Shown here one piece after another: positions 1-9,395 of a stretch of 62,283 nucleotides of DNA. The notes beneath the pieces were generated by a model that did no database searches, was not told the origin of the DNA, and saw only the letters and a program-made list of their open reading frames with translations. The position numbers and the translations under genes are program-made. This DNA is from Fibrobacteria bacterium (lineage in GTDB: Bacteria; Fibrobacterota; Chitinivibrionia; Chitinivibrionales; FEN-1185): NCBI GenBank assembly GCA_037447435.1, contig JBBIGR010000030.1, positions 1 to 62,283 of the forward strand, written 5' to 3'. How positions within the stretch are numbered: position 1 is the stretch's first letter; every line of letters begins with the position of its first letter.

Positions 1-50
1 CAATACACACAATTAAAAACAAAAAACTGTAAACATTTTTTAGGACTTGA

Positions 51-150
51 CCCTTTCAGCCACCCCTCTCCTAAATGAGAGGGGTAAATACAATACAGTA
101 CAAGTTTATATCCCCCTTCTCTTTATAAGAGAAGGGGTTAGGGGTTGAGA
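51..150. repeat. REP-like palindromic element (two GC-rich hairpins)
   Basis: ACCCCTCTC-ctaaat-GAGAGGGGT (62-85) and CCCCTTCTCTT-tat-AAGAGAAGGGG (113-137); related sequence at ~47072-47100 and 48471-48528. Confidence 0.6.
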
Positions 151-218
151 TTATAAAAAGCATTTTCCTTGCGGGACGCTTCGCAGGGGCGGAGCCCTTT
201 CCAGAAGATATTTTATAA

Positions 219-836
219 CTATGTATTTGGTTTAATAATTAATTCTTCGTATTGCTTTCTCAATCCATCCCCGATCTCCGCATTTTCGCCTAAACAATCA
301 AAAGCCATTGCTATTGCTTCGATTGTGGAAAGCCCTTCTTTTTTTGATTGACCCCTGAGCGACTCGTGTTCCGGATTTAAGGTAATCCGATTGAGCTTGA
401 GCAACCAGGGATTTCGCCACCACATTGCCTTGGATTGTTTCCAGGAACCATCCAACACTATGATCCCATCAAACTTAGTCTTAAGAGGCATGAGACATTT
501 TTTAGTGTCAAAAATTTCAATTTTACGAGTTGGATCTACTATTCCGCGAAGATAGAGAACGGCCCAGTTCTTTTTATCTACTTCTTTATCAATGGCTTGA
601 GCTAAATTTTTCCAGGAAAGCCCTACCTTGAGGGAGCAATTTGTAAGGCATAATTGACTTAACTTGGCTGAATTAAGTAACTTATATTGTTCTTGAGGAT
701 GTTGAAGGAGCAATATCCGGGTGGAATTATTGAGGGGCTGAACTTTGTTGCAAAAGCATTGATATAAAGGTCTTAGGCAACTTTTACAGGCATTTGTTTT
801 ATCAATTTTTTCAGCAGACGATATTTTTTCATTCAT
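219..836 (-). CDS. DTW-domain protein, tRNA-uridine aminocarboxypropyltransferase (TapT/YfiP-like)
   Basis: N-terminal CxxCxRPxxxCxC, LLQHPQE, IVLDGSW (DxTW variant), LSTIEA. Confidence 0.88.
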   Translation of the reverse strand: MNEKISSAEKIDKTNACKSCLRPLYQCFCNKVQPLNNSTRILLLQHPQEQYKLLNSAKLSQLCLTNCSLKVGLSWKNLAQAIDKEVDKKNWAVLYLRGIVDPTRKIEIFDTKKCLMPLKTKFDGIIVLDGSWKQSKAMWWRNPWLLKLNRITLNPEHESLRGQSKKEGLSTIEAIAMAFDCLGENAEIGDGLRKQYEELIIKPNT

Positions 837-1641
837 GCGGTTCTAGTGGAGTTTCTGGAACAGGTGATTCGGATTCTATGGGTGGAATTTCGCGATCGGT
901 TTGAGGACGACGTTTAACAAAAATGGTTCCGAATTGCGCTTCCTGGCGAATTTGTATTTCCTGCATTTTGATAAGTTCTAAAATCGCCATAAAAGTCACA
1001 ACAAGTACAATACGACGTTTATCTTCCCGGAACAGTTCTTCAAAAGGAATTTCTTTATCGTTGTCTAAAAATTGGATCACATGCTCGATACGGTCGTCGA
1101 TTCGCACGGTGTCGATTTCGACTCTGTGTTGAAATTCTTCTTCGGTTGAAGCCCGCTCCAAAACGCGCTTGAAAGCGGAGATCAAATCGAAAACGCTGAT
1201 CGCTCCAACGACCAAACCTTCTTCTTCAACGGGCATATCGATCGTTTCGGTTGTACCGCGCGTAAAGCAACCGATTTGCTCGGCCTCGAAATGGCGAAGG
1301 GAATGGGCGGCTTCCTTGAATTTTTTATACTCAAGAAGCTGGGCGATGAGCTGCTCCCTATTGTAAATGCCATCTTCGGCATCCAGGGGCTCCTGTTCGC
1401 TTTGCGGCAGAAGCTCGCGCGCTTTGAGGCGAATCAACGTACTTGCCATATATAAATATTCGGCGGCGATGTCGATATTAAGTTCGCGCATGAGGTCGAG
1501 ATAATCGAGATACTGGCGGGCAATTACCGAAACTTGTATTTGGGTGATGTCGACTTCAGATCTATTTACAAGATATAAAAGCAGGTCGAGCGGTCCTTCA
1601 AATAATTCAAGCTTAACAAGGTATTCCTGTTTCACCGCCAT
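829..1641 (-). CDS. scpA: segregation and condensation protein A (kleisin)
   Basis: FEGPLDLLLYL, AAEYLYMASTLIRLKARELLP, LLEYKKFKEAA, VVTFMAILEL, QEAQFGTI. Confidence 0.95.
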   Translation of the reverse strand: MAVKQEYLVKLELFEGPLDLLLYLVNRSEVDITQIQVSVIARQYLDYLDLMRELNIDIAAEYLYMASTLIRLKARELLPQSEQEPLDAEDGIYNREQLIAQLLEYKKFKEAAHSLRHFEAEQIGCFTRGTTETIDMPVEEEGLVVGAISVFDLISAFKRVLERASTEEEFQHRVEIDTVRIDDRIEHVIQFLDNDKEIPFEELFREDKRRIVLVVTFMAILELIKMQEIQIRQEAQFGTIFVKRRPQTDREIPPIESESPVPETPLEPHE

Positions 1642-2015
1642 GCAATTGCCTCAATTTCGATCATGACGTTTTTAGGGAGGCAAGAGACTTCGACGACGGA
1701 ACGCGCAGGTTTCCATCCGTCAAGGGCTTTTTCATATATAGAATTAATTATTGGAAAATCGGCCATTGATTTGATAAAAATTGTGGCTTTCACAAGGTTT
1801 TGAACAGACAAGGATTGAAAAGCCAAAATTGCCTTAAGGTTATTTAAAGCAAGTTCGGTTTGTTCCTGAATCGTATTACCGGCGATATTCCCGGTAATCG
1901 GATCCAATGGAATTTGGCCGGAAATGAATATAAAAGACCCAGTATCAATGGCTTGAGAATATGGGCCAATGGGAGCAGGGGCATTTGGCGTGAGAACTAT
2001 TTTAAGATTTGCCAT
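1632..2015 (-). CDS. ridA: RidA family enamine/imine deaminase
   Basis: APAPIGPYSQA, FISGQIPLDP, PARSVVEVSCLPKNVMIEIEAIA. Confidence 0.95.
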   Translation of the reverse strand: MANLKIVLTPNAPAPIGPYSQAIDTGSFIFISGQIPLDPITGNIAGNTIQEQTELALNNLKAILAFQSLSVQNLVKATIFIKSMADFPIINSIYEKALDGWKPARSVVEVSCLPKNVMIEIEAIAWR

Positions 2016-2035
2016 TTTTTATCTTTCTTAAATAT

Positions 2036-3868
2036 CTATTCAACTGTTACGCTTTTTGCCAAATTTCTTGGCTGATCGATTTCGCATTTTCTCATCGCAG
2101 CCATATGATATGCAAAGAGTTGCAACGGAATCACCGATAAAAGCGGGCTCAACATTTGAATCGTGTGCGGAATATATATCACATGCTCCGCATACTTTTT
2201 AATGTTTTTGTCACCTTCGGTTGCTATTGCAATAACCTTTCCGCCTCTTGCTCTAATTTCCTGAATATTGGAAATAACTTTGTCGTAAACACTGTCTTTT
2301 AAAGCTATTACGAGGCTCGGCATATTTTTATCGATTAATGCAATTGGCCCGTGTTTCATCTCTGCAGTCGGATACCCTTCGGCATGAATATACGATATTT
2401 CCTTAAGCTTGAGAGCACCTTCTAATGCCACAGGAAAATTATATGATCGACCTAAAAATAAGAAATTTGAATATTTATAATAACTATTTGATATTTCTTT
2501 AATTGCATCATTTTGCTTCAATATCTTTTTTACCTGTTCCGGTATTTTTGCCAATGCCTTTGCGATATCGGTGCCTTCAGTATGCGAAAGGCGTCGAATC
2601 CTGCCTAATAATAATGTAATTAAAGCCAAAACAGTGAGTTGTGAGGTAAAGGCTTTTGTAGATGCTACGCCGATTTCGGGTCCTGCATGCAAATATACGC
2701 CGCCATGGGTTTCACGGGCAATAGAAGAACCTACCGCATTGCAGATACCTAAAACGGTTGCCCCTTTGTTGGCTGCTTCGCGAAGTGCGGCAAGCGTATC
2801 GGCAGTTTCCCCCGATTGACTAATGACAAACACCAACGTATTCGCATCGATAATGGGATTTCTGTATCTGAATTCCGACGCATATTGCACTTCGACGTTA
2901 ATCCCGGCGATGTCTTCTATCATATATTCGCCGACAAGGGCGGCATGCCAGGACGTACCGCAAGCCGCAATGATGATACGATTGATTTGTCGTAATTGCG
3001 GCAATACGACATTAAGCCCGTTCAAACGGGCACTACCCTCTTCTGTCAATAACCGGCCGCGCATTGCATTCTGAATGGTTTCGGCCTGCTCGAAAATTTC
3101 CTTCAGCATAAAATGTTCATAACCGCCTTTAGCGAGAGCTTCGGCCGAATATTCGATTTGTTGAATTTCGTGGGTCATGGGCCTTTTCGCCAAATCCATT
3201 ATCATATGTTTATCGCGGTTCAGCATGACGAGCGTGGAATCTTTAAGATAAATGACCCGTTTCGTATAGCGAACGATTGCGCTTGCATCGGAGGCAAGAA
3301 AAAATTCCCCATCGCCAACGCCGACGACCAGCGGTGAACCGCGTCTGGCGCCGACCAGCAGTTCGGGCTTGTCGTAGGCAATAACCGCAATACCGAAAGT
3401 ACCTTCGACAAGTGCCAATGCCTGCGAAACGGCTTCCACCAAATCGCCTTTGTAAAATTTGCCTACCAGTTGGCTCAAGACTTCGGTATCGGTTTCGGAC
3501 CGGAATTTTATGCCTTCACTCTGCAGTTTTTCTTTTAATTCTGCATAGTTTTCCACAATGCCGTTATGAACAAGCGCTATGGTATTTTTTTCATCGGTAT
3601 GCGGATGGGCGTTGTTTTGCGAGGGAACGCCGTGCGTTGCCCAACGGGTATGCGCGATGCCGAGCGTGGCGCTTTTTTTGAGCATTTTCTTTGCCAGGGT
3701 TTTAAGCTGCTCGACTTTGCCCTTTGCTTTACAGACAACAAGCTTTTTGCCTTCTTCCAATAAAGCAACACCGGAACTGTCGTATCCGCGGTATTCGAGT
3801 CCGGACAGGCCTTCGATCAGTATCGGGAATGCTTCGCGATTCCCTATATATCCTACTATTCCGCACAT
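2036..3868 (-). CDS. glmS: glutamine--fructose-6-phosphate transaminase (isomerizing)
   Basis: MCGIVG start, LEYRGYDSSG, HTRWATHG, SQSGETADT, C-terminal PRNLAKSVTVE. Confidence 0.99.
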   Translation of the reverse strand: MCGIVGYIGNREAFPILIEGLSGLEYRGYDSSGVALLEEGKKLVVCKAKGKVEQLKTLAKKMLKKSATLGIAHTRWATHGVPSQNNAHPHTDEKNTIALVHNGIVENYAELKEKLQSEGIKFRSETDTEVLSQLVGKFYKGDLVEAVSQALALVEGTFGIAVIAYDKPELLVGARRGSPLVVGVGDGEFFLASDASAIVRYTKRVIYLKDSTLVMLNRDKHMIMDLAKRPMTHEIQQIEYSAEALAKGGYEHFMLKEIFEQAETIQNAMRGRLLTEEGSARLNGLNVVLPQLRQINRIIIAACGTSWHAALVGEYMIEDIAGINVEVQYASEFRYRNPIIDANTLVFVISQSGETADTLAALREAANKGATVLGICNAVGSSIARETHGGVYLHAGPEIGVASTKAFTSQLTVLALITLLLGRIRRLSHTEGTDIAKALAKIPEQVKKILKQNDAIKEISNSYYKYSNFLFLGRSYNFPVALEGALKLKEISYIHAEGYPTAEMKHGPIALIDKNMPSLVIALKDSVYDKVISNIQEIRARGGKVIAIATEGDKNIKKYAEHVIYIPHTIQMLSPLLSVIPLQLFAYHMAAMRKCEIDQPRNLAKSVTVE

Positions 3869-3959
3869 AATTTTTTCCTTTCACTAAGGCATGATTTTAT
3901 CGAAGAAAAATAAAAACATAATATACATAATGTCTCTTTGCCTTACGTGCGTCATCAAA

Positions 3960-4847
3960 TCAGTATATCCAGGGTTTAATTTTCCTATTAATAAACGCTT
4001 CGGTTTTAGATGAATTAAGGTGAACGTTGCCGATTCGAGGCGGCCCGTTCACATCGTCGTGACGAGACCAACATTTCAAAGCAGCTTTATTATAATTTCC
4101 CTTTTCCAGGATTTTTCTGCCGATTTCATAGAGGCTTACCGGTTTGGTGCCCCCGCAATGGAATAAGCCGCGGGCGTTTTTAAAAACCATTTCAACAATA
4201 AAATCCGCCAATTCATCACAATCGATGCAGCTTCGCCATTCATCATGGAAAAGCGACATGGGTAAATTCCGTTTCAACCGGTTTTCAATGAAATCCACTG
4301 CGCCTTTTTCTCCCTGAATCGAATCTCCCATGGGAAGCCCGATGCGGACAATACAATGGTTCGGGCAATGCACAAATTCTTTTTCTGCAAGCAAATATGT
4401 TTTCCCGACAACGCTTTTAGGATCGGGCGTATGGGTTTCATCGTATCCATTCTCCGGGGGATTATCACCCGAAAAAACAAGATCGGCGCTCAAATAGGTT
4501 ATATGGCAAGATTGTCCGAAAATTGCGGCGATATTTTTGGCTCCGCAAACGTTGATGGCATGGGCATAGGCGGGTTTGGCTTCGCCAATATCAAGATCGC
4601 ATACGCCGGCGGCATGAATAATATGCGTTGGCCGAAAGGAATTTTTTATTTCATGCAATTTTTTTTCATCGGTCATGCAGACGGACGCAACATTACTTTG
4701 GGCGGGAATTTTCATTTGCGGAGGACGAATGCCGAAAAGGGTATCAGGCGCGAGTACGGATTGCAGCTTTTTAAAAATTGGCCAACCATGTATGGACGTG
4801 ATGCCGGTAATGAGGATTTTATGAGTTAAAAAATTTGGGCTAGTCAT
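3960..4847 (-). CDS. extended SDR / dTDP-4-dehydrorhamnose reductase (RmlD)-like oxidoreductase
   Basis: ILITGITSIHG Rossmann variant, IIHAAG, YLSADLVFSG, PKSVVGKTY, FHDEWRS; start moved to ATG 4847, which overlaps the nitroreductase stop. Confidence 0.78.
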   Translation of the reverse strand: MTSPNFLTHKILITGITSIHGWPIFKKLQSVLAPDTLFGIRPPQMKIPAQSNVASVCMTDEKKLHEIKNSFRPTHIIHAAGVCDLDIGEAKPAYAHAINVCGAKNIAAIFGQSCHITYLSADLVFSGDNPPENGYDETHTPDPKSVVGKTYLLAEKEFVHCPNHCIVRIGLPMGDSIQGEKGAVDFIENRLKRNLPMSLFHDEWRSCIDCDELADFIVEMVFKNARGLFHCGGTKPVSLYEIGRKILEKGNYNKAALKCWSRHDDVNGPPRIGNVHLNSSKTEAFINRKIKPWIY

Positions 4848-5439
4848 GAAACAGGGGCGTGCCCCAACTGCCGCTAAAAACGAATTGCGATTGCGGCCTG
4901 CGTTTACGTTCGGCTGTTTCCCTTTCAGCAAGGTCCGCAGGAAGGATCGAGGCCTCGCCGGCATATCCCATTGCAATCGCCGTGAGCGGAAAAAAGCCCG
5001 GGGGAATGGAAAATTCCGCTATTGCTTTATCCGGCTCGAAACCCGCCATTTGATGGACAAAAACACCTTCGGAACAGGCTTGAAAAGTTAAATGGCCGAT
5101 AGACTGACCGCAGTCGTAGGCATACAATTTATTTTCCGATTTCCCGGATAAAAACGACGACCTGCCGCATAACAGGGCAAGAACATTTGAATTACAAGCC
5201 CAACGCCGATTGTTCTCTTTAAGCACTGAACAAATACGGTCGAAATCGGAACCCTGATTTTTTTGGCCGACGATATAAAACCATTCCTGATCGTTCATGC
5301 AGGACGGAGACCAACGGGCTGCTTCAAATAAACGCTGCAAAACGTCTGCGGGTATCGATTTGTCCGTAAAAGCCCTCGGACTATATCTGTTTTTGAGCAG
5401 AGGAGATATATCAAAATCGGTTTTTGCAGGATTTGCCAT
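4840..5439 (-). CDS. nitroreductase family protein
   Basis: RYSPRAF, FEAARWSPSCMNDQEW, YDCGQS, HQMAGF, AIAMGY. Confidence 0.93.
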   Translation of the reverse strand: MANPAKTDFDISPLLKNRYSPRAFTDKSIPADVLQRLFEAARWSPSCMNDQEWFYIVGQKNQGSDFDRICSVLKENNRRWACNSNVLALLCGRSSFLSGKSENKLYAYDCGQSIGHLTFQACSEGVFVHQMAGFEPDKAIAEFSIPPGFFPLTAIAMGYAGEASILPADLAERETAERKRRPQSQFVFSGSWGTPLFHD

Positions 5440-5460
5440 AGTTTTTTAGTTCGATCGGTT

Positions 5461-6333
5461 TCAGGCGACGATTTTTTTAATATATACCGGTAGTAAAAAA
5501 GAACCTCGATGAATATCGGCATTATAATACAAACATTCCGATGAAACCGATGCATAACGTTTATCGTTAAACGCATCGAGGCTCACGCCTTCCTTTGCCG
5601 AAAGGACGAAACTGCATATTCCTTCGGGAAAAGAGGGAATGGTGCAAATATACGGTTTATAGCTTGCAAAAAGAGAAGAAATCGTGGATACCGTAGAACG
5701 AAGATATTCGCTGCGAATAGTTGGCGAATCGGTTTGAAAAACCGCAATTCCGCCTTTATCGAGACGTTGATGTACCAGTTTGTAAAACCCGGTGGTTTCC
5801 AAAGATTGAACAGGCCCACCCGGATCATAGGAATCCACAATTATAACATCGAAAGTATCTTTTGTTTTTTCAAGAAAAGAACATCCCTCTGCGAAAACAG
5901 TCTTGGTGCGCGGGTCGCTGAAACCGGCAGCAAGTTGCGGATAATGTTTGGCGACCGCGTCTTTGACCTGTTTATCGATTTCAACAACCCGGACGGATTC
6001 CACTTCCTTGTATTTCAGCACTTCACGAAGGCAACCGCCGTCTCCACCGCCGATTATACAGACTCGAGACGGGTTTGTATGCAAATTCATTGCAGGATGG
6101 ACAATTGCTTCGTGAAAAATGTACTCATCGCGCTCGGTAAGCACGATATTATCGGCGAGCATGAGAACTTTGCCGAAGGCATACGATTGGAATATTTCGA
6201 TTTTCTGAAATGGGCTTGAACCGTGATGCAGGGCATGCTTTGCGCGTATGGTGATTCCTGCCAAACCATTGACAAGGTTTTCGAGCCAGAGTGAAGCGTT
6301 GCTCCCAGATTCGTATCGAGGCGTATTTTCCAT
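5461..6333 (-). CDS. speE: polyamine aminopropyltransferase (spermidine synthase), copy 1
   Basis: SPFQKI, TERDEYIFHE, IIGGGDGG, VEID, DVIIVDSYDP; ATG 6333 preferred because AAGGGA lies 8 nt upstream. Confidence 0.9.
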   Translation of the reverse strand: MENTPRYESGSNASLWLENLVNGLAGITIRAKHALHHGSSPFQKIEIFQSYAFGKVLMLADNIVLTERDEYIFHEAIVHPAMNLHTNPSRVCIIGGGDGGCLREVLKYKEVESVRVVEIDKQVKDAVAKHYPQLAAGFSDPRTKTVFAEGCSFLEKTKDTFDVIIVDSYDPGGPVQSLETTGFYKLVHQRLDKGGIAVFQTDSPTIRSEYLRSTVSTISSLFASYKPYICTIPSFPEGICSFVLSAKEGVSLDAFNDKRYASVSSECLYYNADIHRGSFLLPVYIKKIVA

Positions 6334-6349
6334 AAATGTCATCCCTTAA

Positions 6350-7450
6350 TTAGTCGATTAAAACGATTTTTGCTTTTGGAAACCCGTTAAAATTGCTTGC
6401 GCTCGCCGTTGTATACGATCCCATTGAATCAAACATCAGTAAGTCACCGATTTCAAGGCTCGGTAAAGCAATGTTTTCGTACAGAACGTCTATCGAATCG
6501 CATGTCGGCCCTGCAAGAACGGAATTGAAGGTTTCTCCGCTCCTGGGTGTAAACAAGGGGTACTCGGCATGATCGTAAATTTTTCCCGAAAACGACCCAT
6601 ACACCCCTTCGTCAAGATAATACCACCACACGCCGCTGCGCAAGGATTTCCCCATTACTTTTGTTCCCAACACCATGCTTGGCCCCGACAATACGCGCCC
6701 GGGTTCGGCAATGATGCGGTATTTTGAAAAATAGCGTTCAAGATATTCGTTGATCGGCTGGCAAAACGGTTGAATAGGCAGAACCGGATTTAAATAATTG
6801 ATCGGAAAACCGCCGCCGATGTCGATAATATCGAGATTGATACCGTTAAGCGCTGCTTTGCGGCAAATGTCCCGGCAAAAATCCAAGGCCTCTATATATT
6901 TGAGGGAACTTTCGTTTTGAGAACCGACATGGAAGCTTATACCGACCACGTTTAATCCCTTGCTGTGTGCCTTTTCAATGAGAGAATACGTTTGAGTAGG
7001 GGCACAGCCGAATTTATGCGATAAATTCACGAGGCACGTGGGATTTTGTATGCTCATACGAACCAGCAGTTTTGCTTTGTCGGCATAGGGAAGAAATTTA
7101 TCGAGTTCGTATTCATTGTCGACTACAAACAAATTGATTCCGAAATCGAGTGCATAACGGATATCGCCGTCACGTTTGATCGGGTGCGTATGCAGGCATT
7201 TTTTCGGGCCGATTCCGCATTCCTTAACTATATCGATTTCTCCATTCGTGCACACGTCGAATAAGCATCCTTCTTTTGCCAGAATCGAGATTATAAGCGG
7301 ATTCGCATTTGATTTTACTGCATAAAACAGTTCTACCCCGGGAAGGGCATACGAGAGCGAATGATAGCTGTCGATTAATCTGCTTTTTGATAAAAACAGG
7401 GTCGGCGTACCGTGTTCCGCAACCAATTTTGTGATTCTTCCAAAGTCCAT
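6350..7450 (-). CDS. fold-type III PLP ornithine/lysine decarboxylase
   Basis: YAVKSN (PLP Lys), KFG, SFHVGSQ, DIGGGFP, IAEPGR, GPTCDSID, MGSYT. Confidence 0.93.
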   Translation of the reverse strand: MDFGRITKLVAEHGTPTLFLSKSRLIDSYHSLSYALPGVELFYAVKSNANPLIISILAKEGCLFDVCTNGEIDIVKECGIGPKKCLHTHPIKRDGDIRYALDFGINLFVVDNEYELDKFLPYADKAKLLVRMSIQNPTCLVNLSHKFGCAPTQTYSLIEKAHSKGLNVVGISFHVGSQNESSLKYIEALDFCRDICRKAALNGINLDIIDIGGGFPINYLNPVLPIQPFCQPINEYLERYFSKYRIIAEPGRVLSGPSMVLGTKVMGKSLRSGVWWYYLDEGVYGSFSGKIYDHAEYPLFTPRSGETFNSVLAGPTCDSIDVLYENIALPSLEIGDLLMFDSMGSYTTASASNFNGFPKAKIVLID

Positions 7451-7628
7451 ATGCCTCTTTCTTTAGAATAGATAAAATAAAATGTTTTCAAATATACAAT
7501 ACATGGAATAGCGTAAGGGAGAAAACAACCGGGTACAGGAAAAAAGTGGGATTTTTTTTCTTGATGCGCCTTGGCGGCTTAGAGGTAATAAAAACACGTT
7601 TAGCATTGATTGTATTAAGATCTATCCT

Positions 7629-8561
7629 CTATTTGTACACGATTTCATCGGGAATATCGGGTCGATTATCGGTAAGAACACGGCATTTTTTTTTCAATAA
7701 CTTGGTAAGACAAGGCCAGGCAGCTTGCGAGGCCGTATGAATTTGGCCATTATAATACTCAAGGCCTGAAATAGCATTCGCTTTAAGTGTTTTATCGATG
7801 GACAAAGCTTGCATGGCAGATATGTTCGATTTATTTGAGCACACGGTTATTGACCATAATACGGCGTACATCGGTATGTAAGTATACATCGGGCAAGTGT
7901 GGGCAAATACCGATTTTAACGTATGCTGAATGCACGAAAAGGTTTTCGGCCTTGCAACCGGCGATTCGGTATGCATGGCAAAAATGCCGTTTGCATTACG
8001 AAACGAATTACTTACTAAGGAAAAAAACTCTTTCGTGTATAAATATTTCGATGGCCCGAATGGATCGGTCATATCCATAATAATCACATCGAAAGTCTTA
8101 GGGTTTTCCTCGACGAATTTTCTTCCGTCAATTAAATGCACGGAAAGCCTCGGGTCGGAAAAGGCTCCTTTATGAACCGTGGGAAGAAATTTCTTCGAAA
8201 ACGCGATTACGCCTTTATCGAGTTCCGCAAGGGCAACCGATTTGACGCATGGATATTTAAGCACCTCCCGGATGATGCCGCCGTCTCCGGCACCGATGAC
8301 GAGAATGTTTTCGGGTTTCGGATGCGTGCACATTGCCGGATGGACCATAGGTTCATGATAAGCGGCTTCACTTTTTTGCGCGATTTGGGTTATTCCGTCA
8401 AGAATTAACACACGGCCGAATTCGGGTGTATCCACGAGGTCGAGTTTTTGAAAGCCAGTTTTACAGGAATGGATATGCCGGGAAATCGTATAAAAATATC
8501 CTGACCGGGCGTTTAGCCATTCGGTATGAATGGTTTTTTTTGGTTTTTTTGTTTGTGGCAT
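7629..8561 (-). CDS. speE: polyamine aminopropyltransferase, copy 2
   Basis: LILDGITQ, YHEPMVHPAM, VIGAGDGG, AELD, DVIIMDMTDP. Confidence 0.88.
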   Translation of the reverse strand: MPQTKKPKKTIHTEWLNARSGYFYTISRHIHSCKTGFQKLDLVDTPEFGRVLILDGITQIAQKSEAAYHEPMVHPAMCTHPKPENILVIGAGDGGIIREVLKYPCVKSVALAELDKGVIAFSKKFLPTVHKGAFSDPRLSVHLIDGRKFVEENPKTFDVIIMDMTDPFGPSKYLYTKEFFSLVSNSFRNANGIFAMHTESPVARPKTFSCIQHTLKSVFAHTCPMYTYIPMYAVLWSITVCSNKSNISAMQALSIDKTLKANAISGLEYYNGQIHTASQAAWPCLTKLLKKKCRVLTDNRPDIPDEIVYK

Positions 8562-8575
8562 GATTCCCGATAAGG

Positions 8576-9358
8576 CTAAATATCATACGTATAAATATTT
8601 TTACATTGGTAAATTTCAAGCATTTCCTTGCGAAGAAGGCTCGAAATTTTAGTCCGTGCGGACGGCGTCAAAGATTCATTTTCGGGCCCGAAAAGATAAT
8701 TTTCCTGTTTGAATTTTTTCAGCATCATCTTGGTGTGGAAAATATTGTCTGAAACGATATTGATATCGTAAGCCGAATAGCGTTCCAGGATTTCGTCGGA
8801 AATGTAATCTTGAATCGAAGTGATGTCGTGATCCAAATAAATTTTTTGGCCGTGAACGTCCCGGGTAAATCCGCGGATTTTATAGTCCATGAGGACGATG
8901 TCGGAATCGAAACTGTCGATAAGAAAATCCAAAGCGCGCAAGGGAGAAATCATTCCGCAGGTCGACACATCGATATCGACGCGAAAGGTGGAAATCCCGG
9001 TATTGGAGTTGGTTTCGGGAAACGTGTGGGCCGTAATATGGCTTTTGTCAAGATGGGCCGCGGCGCCGGTTTGTATGGGATTATGCCCCTCATTGATAAG
9101 CACGGTCACCGAGGCGCCGCGCGGTTCATAGTCCTGGCTCGACATATTGATGATATTCGCTTCGATGATTTTGGTGACTTCTTCGAGAATGCTCCGGATT
9201 TTTTTCGAATTGTAAACTTCGTCGACATAGTCGAGATAATCGTTTTGCGAGGCTTTGGAGCGGGCATAGCAAATATCGTAAATATTGAAGCTCAGGGATT
9301 TCGTCAGATTGTTGAAGCCCTGCAGCTTGATCTTTCTACCGCGGCACCTGTTAATCAT
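8576..9358 (-). CDS. speD: S-adenosylmethionine decarboxylase proenzyme (E. coli-type, long form)
   Basis: KLQGFNNLTKSLSFNIYDICYA, HLDK|SHITAHTFPE pyruvoyl cleavage site, DVSTCGMISPL. Confidence 0.96.
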   Translation of the reverse strand: MINRCRGRKIKLQGFNNLTKSLSFNIYDICYARSKASQNDYLDYVDEVYNSKKIRSILEEVTKIIEANIINMSSQDYEPRGASVTVLINEGHNPIQTGAAAHLDKSHITAHTFPETNSNTGISTFRVDIDVSTCGMISPLRALDFLIDSFDSDIVLMDYKIRGFTRDVHGQKIYLDHDITSIQDYISDEILERYSAYDINIVSDNIFHTKMMLKKFKQENYLFGPENESLTPSARTKISSLLRKEMLEIYQCKNIYTYDI

Positions 9359-9395
9359 TACGCATTTCCTCTTTCATTAAAACGCATATTGAACC

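Noticed and set aside
3869..3959. glmS ribozyme upstream of glmS
   Set aside because: Only about 90 nt, AT-rich, and no recognisable ribozyme core or stems
4848..4976. N-terminal extension of the SDR ORF in the track
   Set aside because: Overlaps the nitroreductase in another frame; ATG 4847 gives a normal coupled start
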